Origin: Mesotaenium endlicherianum | Taxonomy: Eukaryota | DNA: 64,000 nt | Assembly: GCA_009602735.1 (NCBI GenBank) | Contig: WELA01001020.1 | Coordinates: forward strand, 57,392 to 121,391 | Direction of reading: 5' to 3' | In this document: one piece after another, positions 1-25,760 of the stretch | How the letters are laid out: the number at the start of each line of letters is the position of its first letter | Position numbering within the stretch: position 1 is the stretch's first letter | Made by a program: the position numbers and the translations under genes | Notes under the pieces: generated by a model | The model's input: the letters and a program-made list of their open reading frames with translations, nothing else | Database searches by the model: none | Told to the model about the DNA's origin: nothing

Positions 1-32
1 GGGGGGGGTTGAGGGAGGGCCAGCTAGCTCAC

Positions 33-10727
<10,695 letters not shown>

Positions 10728-13700
10728 CTGGGTGACAGAACTGAACCAGCAACACGCACACTCAGGTACCCACCACAGAGACTTGTACAGTCTGTGTGTG
10801 TGTGTCCGGGCACGTGTGCGTGTGCACCGCGTGTGTGCGTGTGTGTGTGTATGTGTATGTGTGTGTGAGTATATACGTGTGTGCATGTGTGTGTGTGTGT
10901 TTCCGTGAGTGCGTTTTGTGTGTGCATGCGCACGTGCCGCGTGTGTGTGTTCAGTGTGTGTCTCCTTTAGCCTAGCCGAGAGTGACTAATAAGCCCACAG
11001 CTCCAGTGGGCAAGGGAGAGCTCCACGCGCCTCGTTGGTCTGCAGCAGCAACTTCCAGGGTGCCATCACACGAGGACAGTTCACTAATCCCCTGCTGTCC
11101 GTACGAGCCTCGTGACGGGAAATCGACGGCCGACGTGGACCGCAGCCAGCCCAGCAGGCTCCACACTTACTGGGAGGAAAACTGCACGGACCACTTTTCT
11201 TCTGGTAGCTAATAAGGTTCTCGTTTGCCAGTAGCACGACCACCATTACCAGCAGCAGAAGCAGCAGAAGCAGCGGCAGCAGTGGCTGCAGCAGCCAGAA
11301 ACTTTGTGTGCACTGTCACTCCTCTTGGCCCCCCTCGCGACAGCTACGAGAGCATCAGCGTGCCTACGGAAGCCCCATCTGTCAAAAAGTAAGGAGGTGC
11401 AGAGCTGCCATGCCCTACGCGGCGTTGCTTCTCGAGGACCTCCCAGGTGCTGCCTGCAGGTTTGTCTAGGCAGCCAGCAACTCACGCGGCGCCCCAGGAT
11501 CAGCTTCCCCCGCGGATATCAGACTAGACCATGCTTGTCAACCCCGTCCTTCAGGGCACCCTTTGTGTGGCAGGCCTTTTGAAGTCAGCTCCGAACCAGC
11601 CTTTTGCACTTTGAATGAGCCGACTGCATCACCATCGCACGCTTGGCACCTTTCCTGATGAGCCCATCTGCTCCGTCCATTAGCTGGCCCATCACTGGCC
11701 ATCACTGGCCATCATGGGCCTCCCTCGTCCTTCCCAGCTAGGCCTGGGTCTGCCGCCCTTTCTTTCAGGACCTCAAAAGCTCTCTAAGGACATGGACAGA
11801 CAACCCCTACTTTAAATTTTCAGCCCACGCTCTGAAATTGCACCCCTAGTAGGAACACAAATACAACCCCGTCGTCAGGCTCAAGGTTTTAGCTCTCTTA
11901 TTTGCCATCTGAGGCCAGAAACACGACTGTGAGTTAGGCGGAATAAGTTTGAGGGACACTTAGGAGCCTAAGAGAGTGAACAAGTGCTACTGCAAACAGC
12001 TAAAGGGTGGGTGTGTCGGGCTGACGTTACTGATTCAGGGTATGCAGGGCGGGTATGCAGGGTATGCAGGGCATGCAGGGTAGGGTATATTGTAATATTG
12101 AATATTTAAAGACAGAAAGCTCCATGCAGGTTGACTGTAGCAAGTATTCCTGAGGAAGAAGACAGAGGGCATTGAAGGCGTAGAACTCACAGAAAGAGAC
12201 TTTGGTTTCAACAAGAACCTTCTGCAGCTATCTCGCCTTGCTCTTGTGTCACCTGTCCAGCTATTCAGAGCGTGTTGCTGTCCACAAAATGCCTGGCAAT
12301 ATCTCTGACCAATTGAGGAACCACTTCTACGGCACTTGAATGAGTCTTTTAAATACGTATGAAGGCAATGTTTGACTCGAACACTCTCGCGTGTCTGCTG
12401 GTGCCAACAGAGGCTCTGACCATCCAGACGATAACGCGTGCTGCGTGATGGTCCCCTAAGTTTGATGATACCGCTGGCATTACATTGAGCTGGAACACCG
12501 GGTGCAGAGAAGAGGTTCCCGTTCCTCCATGAGAAGCTGTCTAATACCCTTAAGTGCTCCTGGGAGCAGATAGATTGAAATGTATTTAATGCATAGCTCA
12601 TGGTGAATATAATTGCTTGTTTCAGCAAGTGCAAGGGAGCTACCCTCTAGCTTTCAGCACCTAGGGTGAAAAATCCTCATCGCTCATTTTTACAGTTACG
12701 GGCGAAAGGATAACTTGGCATGCGTTATGGTGGATTGCATCAAAGAGTTGGCAAGTGGCACCTGGTTTCAACTTGACCGAGTCAAAACGCTGGTGCTGCT
12801 GTAACCACGGAACAAGAAGGACGCAGTAAGTGAAGCAACTGCCACAGTACACAAAACCCGCTGGAACGAACACGGGCAGAAGAAGAGCAGTATAGCGAGC
12901 TGCAGGTCATGGCAGAGAGATGCATGAAAGAGGATAGGAAAGAGCTTGCAAGTGCTGTGTCCGACCAATAGCAACAGGGCTACCTCCTGATGACATGGAC
13001 GTGAGTCGCGTGTTGGCCAGTTTGGCCCAAGTTCGGGAGTCACGGTCAACTCTGGAACTTTGCAAATCGACTTGCGAGCACGCGCGAGCATACGCCTGTC
13101 CGGAGGTGAGGACCTACGATGTTTTACGATAATGGCACAAGAAGACCGAACACGTCGAACCGCAGGGGCATACAGGGCCCACTGACGCCAAAGGTGCAAG
13201 CAGCTTCCTGCTCTTCCCCTCAATGTTATTCAATTTCCGTTCTAATATACGTCACACTGAATTCACTGATTATAAGCAATTTATAGCAATTTAAGTCCAA
13301 GACAAAAACCTGGCGTCACGCTTAAATAATTGGGCTAACCTTTTATTGTCATCATTTGTAGGGAGCCAATACCTTATGGCCATGTCAAAGATTATCATCC
13401 TCAAAGACCGCAATTACTCACAAGCATGAAGTTGACTCTATAAAATCAGACAAGTTATATGTTTTCACCACAAAGCTAATTTATCATATTTTCCTCCATA
13501 TACAATCCACATGGATAGAGAAGTGGAACGTGTAGCATATAGCACTATGTAGAAATCATGAGAGTTTCGTTCCCTACATATTGACGGCTCGTATCAACAA
13601 TCTGCAGCCAGGGAGCAAAGATGCACTAGGTTCTTGACGTGCAATCAAGTTGCCCAAATGGTCCGATGACCTCATGAAACAATGTTAAGAAGATACAATC

Positions 13701-14001
13701 CTCATGGGCAATCGAAGCCCCAATATATTTTCATGGTATCAAAATATTTTTTTTTGGATGGCAACTAAGAGCATTGCTGTACAACAACAGATGCTTGTGA
13801 CCCATCAATGATATTATTGAATGTAATCCATACCAGTAAGCTAGCTGACGGCCATACTGCCTACTCTAGATCTCCTACTTACCACTGAAGTATGTCGACG
13901 CAATGGTCAACAAGAATAAGCAAGAGAATCTGACTCTTGAGAAGTTCCACTACTCAAAGATAAGATCTAAACATCTGCTTTCTATTCAGGTGTCCCCACA
14001 C

Positions 14002-16876
14002 CTACGCTGCAACTGGAATAAGTTCCCCTACACCACCATCATCAGGCTTTGTTGGAGGCTTGGGCTTAGCAGCACCAGGCCGAGGAAAGCCGTAACCAAG
14101 AGAGGTCCCGGACATGGATGACAGCTGGACAAACGGCACACAGTCAAATACATTATTTGGTCAGTCCCTTCAAAAGTATCCTTAGTAAGGTACAAGACTG
14201 ACACGTGTCCTTTAGATTTGGAGCATCAATAGCATCCTCTTTCATGATATTCCCATGCCCAGAATGTGCAACCAACCCCTATCAACCCCTATTTTGGTCG
14301 ACTGGCGAACCTATGAGGATTACGTGGACTAAATTGTATGCAGTCCTTAAATAACAGGTAGTGTGACGTACTGCACAACAGCCTGGAGGAATTTCTAATG
14401 GAATGTCAGAAATGCTCTTTAATCAATCACCGTAAGATGACGGTAACCAGGCGAAATGTAAGCCAGCCTGCAGCATAGGTCAGCGTACAGACGATAGCGG
14501 CACTCATAAAACTGTGAGCAGGGAGAGGAGTGACAGCTGACCTCGGTAAGCTCAGACAGGTGCCGCGTTCTGAACTCGTCCAAAGTTGATGCTATTTCAG
14601 CTGCTGGAAGCTTCACCTGGAAGCACAGCACAGTACAGCACAGCAAAAGAAAAGTTTTTCATCAGAAAATTGCAACAACTCCGCGCATGGTCAGTACACA
14701 TGCCTAGTACACCTCCAGCAGCTTCAACTCAACCCCGCCTACTAGACCCATGGCCGCTACGTGCCACCTTCATGTAATTATGTTCCGCTAAAGATTAGGG
14801 GTGCCTGATGGGCTTCACGCCATTTCAAACAAGACAGGGCAAGCAAGACAAAAACATCAGTGAGTTGAGGCCTGGAGTGCAATAAGCATGCAATTCTTTA
14901 GGTCACAAGTTAGCAAAGAAAAACGGCTGAAGAGGCAGCCAACAGGTCAGTGGATAGGCCCAGCTGGACAACTTCACCGTCTGCTTCTAGTGCATTAGAC
15001 CCCAATTAATCACCTCAGCTGGGGACCAAAAATCTTGAGCGGGATTGCAGCAGAGAAAGGAAGGAAAATGAACCTGAGCTAAGACAGCGGCAGCAAGCTG
15101 GAGGCTAGGCTCTAATGTCTCGGGCACCACCTGAACACGAGAACACATGGAAAGGTTGCAACGCTGTCAGGGATTGAGGTGCCACAAGACACGTGCGTGC
15201 ACCATGTGGTGTGGTGCAGAGCAACATACGGCACACGTCAGCCACACACGAGATAGATTTGGATAGCGAGACATGCACGCAGAGCACGTCAATAAGGAGA
15301 ACAATATGAGCACAATAGAAGCTTCTGTGGGGTGTTCCAGGAATGTAGGCGTCCGAGGACCGAGGCACGCGAGATAGGCGGCTGTTGCCTGCTTGCTAAG
15401 CAGAAATAACCACATACTATCTCACTGTACTATGCTTGAGACGGAGAGCTGGCACATACAGTAGCGAGCAAGGCCACCACTATGTCTACAAAAGCTGGAG
15501 ACAGCAGCCAACCAGCACGCGACATGCACCAGGAAGAGACCCCATAACAGATCACGTGCGAGCTCCTCCGATTGGTACCCTGATATAATTGTCAAAAGTA
15601 ACCCGACCCGCGACAAGCAAACATCCGCATGAACATCACATATGCCTGGGCACGAGTACGTACAGCTGTCGCGCCGGCCTTCTCCAGGTTCAGCCCGTGG
15701 TCAACATCGTGCGCCCTCACAAAGGTCTTGATGTTGGGAAAGTTCTTGGTAAGAGCCCACACGGTGCGGTAGTTCGCGCCGGGCGTGTCCAGCGTGATGA
15801 CGGCCGCCGCCGCTCTCTCGGCTCCCACTTTGTGTAGCACCTGCACGAGTCAACGGGGGAATAGGCTGCTCAGAATGCATGGCTGTGGCTGTGGGCCTGA
15901 GACTATCAGGAAAAGTGGTCATAAACACTGGTTACCAATTTTCAACAGGAGGGCATGTCTTTTGAAATGATGCTGAGTTCAAGGACACAGCCAACGCTGA
16001 GAGCAACTAGTTGAATTCCAATTTAATCAATTCCTGGAGGCGAGGGCAGGGTTACGATGAAGAAGGGACCAGCAAGGGCTAAAGAGAAGAGAAGAACGTA
16101 AGCTCCCGAGGCAGAAAAGGACTCAATAACAAAAGGCTGCATCAATCGACCCAGTGGCCTGCAAGGAGGAAAGGGGGCATGGTGAAGATTCACTCACATC
16201 TCGGCTGCCGGCGTCGCCAAAGTAGACGGGGAGGTCAAGGGCCCTGCCAGCACTCACACGCTCCCTGCTCCACCAAGCTCCATCCAGCACCCAGAGAGGC
16301 CAACCAGAATAGGGTTTCAGCATCACCTCCTCATTTTGCATTACAAACACAGCTGGGGATAATCGTTTATTCTCGCAAACTCAAGAGCGGGACGACCAGG
16401 CAGTGCAGATAGAAGGGGAGTGCTTCGGGAAGCACGCCGCAGAAACATAGACGGTGGCCAATAGCTCACTAGCGGGCAACACAGCAGCTTGCGACAGCCA
16501 GTATACCTGAACAACCTAACAGGCGCTCAGGTCCGGAAGAGAGCCTGACCCGAGGGCAACCAACAATTAGCAAACAAACTTCCTACAGAGAGCAGAAGGA
16601 AAGCGCGACGTAGCGCTGGAGCCTTACGTGCGAACGTCGAGAGCCACGAAAGGAATGAGCCTCTCTGACAGCAGCTGTGCAATGATCTGCATTGCACAAA
16701 GGGTAGCAGGCGTGAGCGTGAGTGGCAAAGGCACCATCGGGCAGGCTAACAAGATAAAGGAAGGATGACAAGGTTTGACAATAACGTCCACCATGAAACA
16801 CACGTCTCTAGAGACTTACTACGTACTGAAGTGTTGCTATGTACTCCCACACGAGCTGATTAGTTTCAGATGGCAC

Positions 16877-16956
<80 letters not shown>

Positions 16957-16957
16957 N

Positions 16958-16999
<42 letters not shown>

Positions 17000-17325
17000 C
17001 AGCGCACCAGGTCCAAGGTCTTACACAAATGCTTGCAAGAGCAAGACAACATCGGCTGCCTAGAATGTATAAAAACTTTTCAAAGCTGCGAGTTTGATTG
17101 CAACATTCTGGGCCACCAACACATAGCCACCAGCAGACGATAGGGACTGATCCGCTCACCTGGCCTACTCGGCCAAAGCCGGCAATAATGACATGCCCCT
17201 GCAGGTCATCAGTCTGTGCAACATCAAGAAAGAGAGGAGCAAAGAGCACATTAGCAACAATCAGCGACAAAATTGATGTACCATAGCAGAAAAAATCTAA
17301 TGAAGCAGTCCAGGCATTGTACGCA

Positions 17326-17356
<31 letters not shown>

Positions 17357-20300
17357 GGGGGAGAGGGGCGGGGAGAGAGGGGGGGGGGAGAAAGAGAGAG
17401 AGGCACAGAGGANGAAAGGGAGGGAGGAGGGGGCACCTCAGCTTCAGCTGGTTGCAAGCTCCGCACGTCATGCTGCTCAAACTTGGAGGCAATCATCTGG
17501 CCACCCGCGGCCAGGTAAGGCGTGATCGCCATGGAGAGTCCAACAATGAGGAAGAGTAGCGACGAAAGCTGGGACGTCAAAATACCCTGCAAGGAGCACC
17601 AGAGTCACTGACCAGTCTGTGAGCGCGAGACGCATACAAGCACGATGAAGTTTCCCATTGCAGGCATAGAGAACGAGGAGCCTGTGGCCTCTGAGGACGC
17701 AGCTGAAGTGTCATTCACAGGAATCCTAGCGCATGCTGCGGCAAAAGAGAGGAATGATGTGAGTTGAGATAGAAGCACTGCAAAACATTTCAATAAAAGT
17801 TTTCATGTCTGATGATACACAAGTTAAAACCTTCAGAGTAAGCGACGGAAAATTAAGCTCAAACTGTGAAGAAAGTCAGCCAAGGCGTGTACCTGTCTGA
17901 CGGCTTCACCAAAAGCAACAAACGCAAACTCGCCACCTGGCGCGAGGAGGAGGCCAGCTCGCACACCGGCCACAGGCGACAACCCAAAGATGCGGCCCAG
18001 ACCAGTCACGAGCAAAGTCTTGCCGATAATCAGAACGGCCATGGCGCCTATGATGACGCCGAACTTTGCCAGGAACAGCCGGGGGTTGATCTCCATGCCC
18101 ACCTGCAATGGATCTCAAGAGACCAGATGTCACACTAGCGCTGTGCATCGGTGTTGAAGGCAAAAACCACATTTACTTTGGGCCAAGAGTGGATTCCCTA
18201 CAGGCCATGCACTAGGCGAGGCAGACTCCTCCAGAGTTTTGCAAAGAGCCCCAGTGGTCGCCCATCCCAACAAGAGCGATAAGGAGCCCGATATAATAAT
18301 ATTAAGTGGCCTCCCGCAGCTTTCACTACCACCACTCAGGCTTTAATGGGTCACTTGGCAGGATAGCACTCAGACCGCAGATCAATCTGCAACACTCAAA
18401 GGAAGCATGAGCTTTGCATGGTGCTCAGAACTCTGCTTTCCACTTGTGGCCACGCAGAGGAGCACAAGTCTCTCATCCAATTGACATCGTGCTTTTAAGT
18501 ACCTGCCGTGTCGTGACAGACAAACTCAAGAGAGCCAGCCACACTGTCTACATGGTAGCTGGAGCAGGGGGGGCAGAACACCTGGAATAGGACGTGCCCC
18601 CCTCCATCCTCAAGTGTATGCCAACTGCCCCCCAGAGCCGCCTAGAGGGGACTCTGGGCCCCTCCCCCGACTCACAGGAGGCAGAAAGCATGCCTGCCGT
18701 ACACAAAGGTGTCAGATTGAGAGAGCACTTACGGTCATGAAGAAAAGACCCAGAAGCAGGCCTCTGTAAGGAGCGATGTCAGACTCCACCTGCAGCGCAA
18801 ACTCCGTCTCTGAGAGCATCACTCCCGCCAAAAACGCACCCAAGGCCATGGACAACCCCGCCTGCACCAAAAATTCCAGCGTGAGCAATGTCAACAGCAG
18901 CCAAAACGGTGAAGAATGATCAATCAGTGTGACCCGGAGGCCTACTATGTAGCTACAGCCTGTGACAGACGCACTTAGCATATAGTGTCCTGGAGACCGG
19001 GCAATATTATAGCTTTAGCCCCACCGAATCGTAGGCAGTATGCTGTTTTGTGGCAGGAAGAGAAACTTGACAAACATGAGTCCTCTCGCAATTAAGCACA
19101 CATCATCCGCCTGAGTGAATTTATTATGGTAGCAGGGACTGCCAGAGCCATGTCCCAAAAATTGACCATGAGTAACTTCCTGGCCAGGGCCGCCGCACGC
19201 AGGCGAGGATCACTCACTCTGGCAGTGAAGAGACTTGTCCCGAGCACCACGAGCAGGGTGGTGGCCGCAAAGATCTCGGCATTGTGGTTCTCCGCCATCC
19301 TCTTGTACACCGGCTTCAGAAGCTGCACACAGGAGGAGGAGCATCGCATATGCGTTGCCAGCACTTGTCAACAACAAGCTGGCGACTAGGTACCCGGGTA
19401 TGTGCTACAAGGCCTGCCTGGTGGTTGCCGCAATGTGAAGGCTCAGCAGGAGGATCAGGGTTTATCATTAACAGGAATATCTCAGCAACCTATCCACGCC
19501 CAGTGAGGAGCAGAGCCCGTTAACCTAGTCAAGGATGCTGCTCGAGAATTGGCAGCCATTATCCAGGCCAAGCAGCTTGCGCATCCTGGACGCAAGCGCA
19601 CAAATGAAGCCCTGGCATGGAGAGCATGCAATTTCTGCGAGCCGATACATTTTCTTACACCACTGAGTCCTGGTGTTCGGTTCGCATGACCAGCAAGGAC
19701 TTAGCTCACAACGCCGTGTGCCCCCAACCTTGGCGTGTGATATACTTGTCACACTTTGTATGGATAAAGAACAGGCAGAACAAGGTGGGTGCTCAAGGTG
19801 ACAAGTCTAGGGGGCGTGCAGGTTTTGAAGCTCACCAGGCGACCACCAGCTATGATGCCACCAATCGACACAACAGCCTTCATTGCAGCCACTCCCAATG
19901 CTGATGCTATTGCCCCGAAACCAGCCTGGCCAGCAAATCCACCCCCCCAAGCAAACATGGAGCATGTGAGGACCGCTACAACCAGCTCTACAGACTTGCT
20001 CATCCTCAGGGTTTAAGGCTTCATGAACCTCTCGTTTAGTCACCACCTCCATGAACACTCGCTCAGCTGAGTGTTCACTGGTTACCGAGCTAACTTCCCT
20101 TTCTTTAAGACCCTTCCTTGCTGCCCTCCTTTTTCTCCCTCCCTCTCTGCCTCCCTCCCCCTCCCCTCCCCTCCCCTCTCCAACCCTGTCCACCTTCCCC
20201 TCTCCCTCTCCCTGCCATCCCACCTTCCCTCTCTTGCATAAGTGGATGGTTCTCACAAACCTACAAAGCGTAGCACGCTGATACACAAGAAACATCGTAG

Positions 20301-23300
20301 GACTGCTACATATTTCATTAAAGTCAAAACTAAATCAACAATGGTACACAGCTCTGAAGTAAACAGTAACTTAGACCTCCCTTTTAAAGAGCTACAAGGT
20401 GCGCCAAATCCGCAAGGGTCTGTGTGACAATGACGCCATCCTGAAGACAGAGTGGATACTCCTTTGGCACAGAGTATGGCAGAGCCAGACTACCAGCAGT
20501 CAGCACTCTGGAGTCTGCCAAATAAGAGCAGGCAAGAAGCTTACTCCTCTGGATGACTTGGGAGAAACCAGGGGGATGAGGATGAGCAGCACCACCACGG
20601 CCAAGTCCTGTGTCCAGTGTCGTCCACACTCAACAACTTCGCATCAACACACGAGACAGCGACACCGAGGCTTGCATCTGGTTGCGAGGTCTACGAGAGA
20701 AGAGGTCCAAAGCAGACGCCACGAGAAAGACCACTATTTTATGCAGCTATATGTACTAGGCATAGCTTTGCACACAACCAATAAATGTGTCATGGTGTAT
20801 GGGTGCGCATGAAGCTTCAAAGCACATCAACATCAAGAGCGATGGCTGCATCATAACTGTAGCACTTTCAAAAGCAGGGGACCTATAAAAGCACGCAAGA
20901 AGTAACAGCGCGGAATCTACCACTAACACATGCATGTATCCCCCTTCAGGGCTGGGCACAGCACTTCGCACGATACAGCATGCAACTGAATATTGACCCG
21001 TGAGCCCTGCTTAACAGGCTCTCTTAGCGCAACACTGCAGGGATTGAGGAGAAAAAGGGACCTGGAATAGGAGGACTGAAAAGGTAGCGCGTCCATGCTT
21101 TGACGTGCTTTCGCCTCTTTCTTGCAGCACCTACAGGATCAACAAATAGCCCAGAGCCCTTTAAACCTCACTACATATATTTACATACTGAAGGCCAATA
21201 TTATGCAGAGGGCAAGAACCTCACAGGCTCGTGTCGAGCATCATAGGTGTGCAACTGTCGCAACCAGCATGCTTGATTCACTTTTAGATGGACCAAACAT
21301 TGCCCTAGGTGCCAATAATCAGCACCTACTTGCCTGGAGAAGGACAACTTCAACTGAAACCGGAAATCATTGGCAAATCCGTTGCGTGGAAAGACCATGC
21401 ACGTCTGATGCACATGAAGACCAACGTGAGCAGCAGCCTCACCCAAAAGCTTGGAGCTTTTTCAATCCAGTCCCCTGCTTGTGGAACTCACGAGTTATAG
21501 GGCGTGGGAAGGTAGACGTAAAAGCATCACTTACTTGCAAGACAACAGCAGTGGAGGAGAGGGCCAGGCCGGAGCCAATGATCATGGCCGCTGCGCCACT
21601 GGAGGCTGTCATGAAATGAGAAATGCAGCCAATCACTAGGGCTGTGATGAGCGTCTGCATCAAGCATGACAACAGGAGGCATAAAGATAGACATGTAAGT
21701 ATAAGAAAGCCCTTTGGAATTCAAACTCTCCCGTCACAAAGGTCCCACTTATTACGGATGAGCTCGCGCGACACAGTGCCTCTGCTTAAATATATCTACA
21801 TATGCATCAGTGTGCTCTATCTAGAAGGTTCAGTAAACAGTTCCTCTGCTTAAGTGAACCCACATGTGAATGGGTATGCTTCTTCTATAGGTTTTGGACA
21901 TGCACGGTGCGTGCCAAACAAACTACTTGCCTGTGCTGAGCCGAGCCCAAACACATACTTCTTCATTGTCTTCAAGCGCTCCAAGGAAAGCTGCAAAAAA
22001 ACTTTGAGGATTACATTAATATCTTAACCACGCACACAAAGAAGGCTCATGACACAAGTATTATGGGAGAAGTGCTCGTATATGCACAAGAATGTAGATT
22101 CGCATCACATCCACTGCCCAGCCTTCCTCAACCAAAGTACTGTGACCTCAACTATTTCACAATAATCAAGCTTGTTCTTATCACTAAGAGTTCTTTCAGC
22201 AGTTGAGTATAACGCCTATGTAAGAACCTTAGTTTCGAGCACACGTCATGAGCTGGCTCGCAAAAGTCTTAGCCTGAAGTAAGGTTTACTGCAGAGGTGA
22301 CTGACCTCAAGTCCAATATTGAACATGAGGAACACCACTCCAAACTCTGCCAAGAACTTGGTGGCGTGCACGTGCTGGATGATGGATGCGCAGTAGGGGC
22401 CGATAAGGGCACCACCCGTCAGGTAGCCAAGCACGGGACTTCCTGCAACAGGTAAGTAACATACAAGGCATACAAGAGATAGGGATCAGGCAGGCAGCAG
22501 GATTTTCTCCAACGGAAGCACTCAGCTGTCAACATGGGAACCATATATGCCCAAACCAAGTTGCGCTTTGCAGAAAAGCCCAGTACATTGTGCTATGACA
22601 AAGGCTGAGGACATCCTGCCTGGTGATTTGATGGACTTGAGCTAAAGGCAGCCAAGTGGCATTCTTACCTCCAGGGAGCTTTTGGAAGAAAGGCACAAAG
22701 ATGATGGCAGACAAGAGTAGGTAGACTACATCAAATAAAGAAGCTTCTTCTTCATTTGTCTGCCACTCAGAAGCCACATAGTGTCTCAGCAAGTGGACGT
22801 TCTTCACTATTAGGAAGTCCTATATTCACTCATCCTACTCATTACCACTCAGTAAGTGCAAAAGCTGTCTCCTAATTGGATATACCCCAGCCTTTGACTA
22901 ACCAACCCTCCAAATCTCTATAGCAGGAAATCAACAACGGCTTTGTCTTCTGAGAGAGACCTAATTCAGAGTACCATGTCATTATGTCGCTATGCAGGAG
23001 ACTAGTACAAACTTGATTCAACGCTGTGGGCTTCTACCTAAGCTGGAAAAAGGAGAAATGAAAGTGAGCCACAAGCTCATGCAACAAAAGTGATCAATAC
23101 CATCGTCAACTCCAGCTCCTGGAGAAGATTTTATCAAGAGCTAATGAACTAGCTCGTTGGACACAACCAAAAGGTCGTCTGATGAAGTCAGCAAGATGTA
23201 AGACCAAGCCCCAAAGAGTGTTCAGGATTAAAGCCAAGGGGGTGCTTACAATTTGCTGGTCTACCTGGCCACAGCACAACAAGCATTTTTATTCTTTTAT

Positions 23301-25760
23301 GAAGGCTTGGTGATATAACTGTGCGGCACTTTTGTAGACAGAGCGCAGCTTGATGGTTTTTGAAGATGGCTCTACCCCGCACACTCTTAGTCCCCCTCAA
23401 TTTAGTCCCTGATCAGGTCATGTCATCACTTACTCCGCGAGGTAGCTTATCAACAAGGCCCTTTAGCATGCCAGGTATCTTCTTGAACTCAGTCAGCAAC
23501 GGTCGAACCGTTTGACCCACGTCAGGATACTGCACAGTTGCTTTATACTCCATCCGTGCGTTCACCAGCACAGCTCTGCCAGGATATAGAACAGGCAAAT
23601 CAAGTCAAAAATGTGAGTGCATAACCTCGCCAGGATGAACGACATGACACATTCATGCAGAGATACCTTAGACCAGCAACTAACATAAAATCTACATTGC
23701 GACATACGTTAAATCAATCCCCGCAATTCAGGTTGCATAGTTGGAGCTCCACATTTTCAATATTGGCTATCCTGATGCCCACCACCTCAACCTAATTGAT
23801 TAAGTGTACCAGGTGAGCAGTTACTTCACACCAAAAAAAGTATAGAGTAACATGGATGACTCTCTTGCCCCCAGTGCCAAAAAGTATATAGTGCGTGTGA
23901 ATCTTACATAGCTAGGAGCAGCGCAGCCGCCGCCAGAACTTTCGGCAGGTGCTGCTTCACGGAAGTCATGAACCCAGAGAAAACTTCTCCCAAAGTCAAC
24001 TCAGCTCCCTCCTCGGAGGAAAAGTACGATGCAGGAAAGAAGCGTGACGACTTTTTTGTTGGCGCCTTAACTGGGGGTACTGCAGCAGCTTCTTTGGCAG
24101 CCTCAGCCTTCTTTTGAGCAAGAACTCTCTCCTCAGCTTCCTTTGCAGCATCAACCTTTTTCTCCAGGAGTGCTTTTTCATCAGCTTCTTTGACTGCTGC
24201 AGAGATTTCAGCCTCTAGCTTGGCAACAGCACTAGCAACTTTCTCCACTTCTAGCCGATCGGTTGGACTTGCTGCAGCTGTTGACTTCAATACAGGCAAC
24301 GCCCCCAACTCCTCAACCCCCACTGTTGGAGATTGCGCACCACTCTCAAGTATGTCCTTTCCATTAGAGATTCGAGTGACCTCATCTTTGGCTTCCTCAA
24401 TTAGAGTTACAGCCACCGTAAGCTCATCCTCACTATCAGTCCCATCCTCAGCCTCAGCCAAAATGGCAGCTGCCTGTGCAAGGTTCTCAGCTATTTTCCC
24501 AACACTATCAGCTTGTGCACGCCTAAATTCAGCTTGTTTTGCCTTCACCTTGTCCAAGAACGCCTCGGCTTCTTCTAGGGCCTTCTTAGCAACACTAACC
24601 CCTTTGCTAGCCTCAACTTCCTTGCCTACGGCCTTTTCTGCAAGTTCCATAGCCTCAGCTGTTTGGAGTTCTGCTGCAACGGCCTTCTCCCTTGCAATCT
24701 CAGCAGTTTTACTGAGTTCCATTGCTTCCGTTTGAACCTCGGACTTAAGTCCAGATAGTCGTAGCACCTCGCTTCTAGCAGCAGCCAAGGCCTGTGTCTT
24801 GTCAGTGAGCTCTGTCTGTGCCTTTTCATTGCGTGCCTTGGCAGCATCAAGAACGTCATTGCTATTCTCGACTGCTGAACTTTCTTCAAGCACCTGATCG
24901 CTTGTTAATTCACCACCATCACCCTGTTGAGATGGTCCCACAAGATTTTCAGCATACTTCATTAGATCCCTCAAGGCAACTTCTGCTTCAACAGCAGCTT
25001 CTTCGGCCAAAGCGCACGCAGACTCAACCCGCTTCAAGTTTTCTTCAGCTGAAGCTGATTCTACGAGAACCTCTTCTACCCTTGACAATGTTGCGACAGC
25101 CTTTGCCTCAGCTTCATTAGCTACATCTTTGAGAGCCATGGATTCCTCAGCCACCTTCTGGGCATGCTCTTCAAGCTCTGCGCTGCGAGTCCTGACTTTT
25201 TCAAGGTCTTCTTCGGCTTCTATCACCTTCCTCCTGAAATCTGAGACGTGCTTCTTTAGCTGCTTTTCCTCGGAATCAGAGTCACTTTCGGATAGATACG
25301 CCCCCTCATCCTGTGCGTCCTCTTCAACCTTACCATTTATGCTCCCAATATTTTCAAGTGGAGAACTGTTGAGGTCAGGGTCACCACTATAACCATTAGA
25401 ATCGTTTGCACCATGCTCGCTACTAGAAGATGACGACGCAACCTGGACTCCACTGCCCGCAGAAATGTAGTCGCTACCATCTGCAGTACAATGTCGTCTT
25501 TGACCCCTTGGACTTCGAGAATTGTGGCCAAATAGTGCTTTAGTTTGCCTATTGCTCTGCGCAGGGCCGCTGTCTACAACAGAAGATATACAACACGAAG
25601 CTATTAGCCGAAAGGAAACAGAAGATAGCTTCTTCTTGGCAAATAGCCTGCGATGGTGAGCTGAGCTCGAAAAATGATGAAGAGTATCCCTAGCAATAGA
25701 GCACTGAGGTAAACAAATTAGCGCCTCAGCCCTTGGGAGAAGGTACGACTGACACACCAT
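14002..25760 (-). CDS. KEA2: Plastid K+/H+ efflux antiporter, KEA1/KEA2 type (long N-terminal coiled coil, CPA2 transmembrane domain, KTN/TrkA-N domain)
   Basis: 20 phase-consistent exons: 25760-23908, 23575-23434, 22759-22669, 22442-22306, 21990-21931, 21654-21535, 21130-21062, 20607-20545, 19925-19836, 19322-19218, 18861-18733, 18102-17893, 17586-17437, 17213-17160, 16686-16628, 16264-16198, 15840-15664, 15130-15074, 14616-14542, 14124-14002 (TAG). Motifs: [137 protein letters not shown]. The start codon is uncertain, and KEA1 cannot be told from KEA2. Confidence 0.95.

Noticed and set aside
12036..12088. (CAGGGTATG)n short tandem repeat considered as CRISPR-like or regulatory
   Set aside because: No spacers; an ordinary degenerate 9-mer tandem repeat in eukaryotic DNA.
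10960..13230. Candidate first exons of PHYLLO and ORFs 12035-12634 and 12768-13223
   Set aside because: A GTAAGT donor near 11170 exists, but I could not build an ATG-initiated, in-phase path, and the ORFs resemble nothing I recognise.
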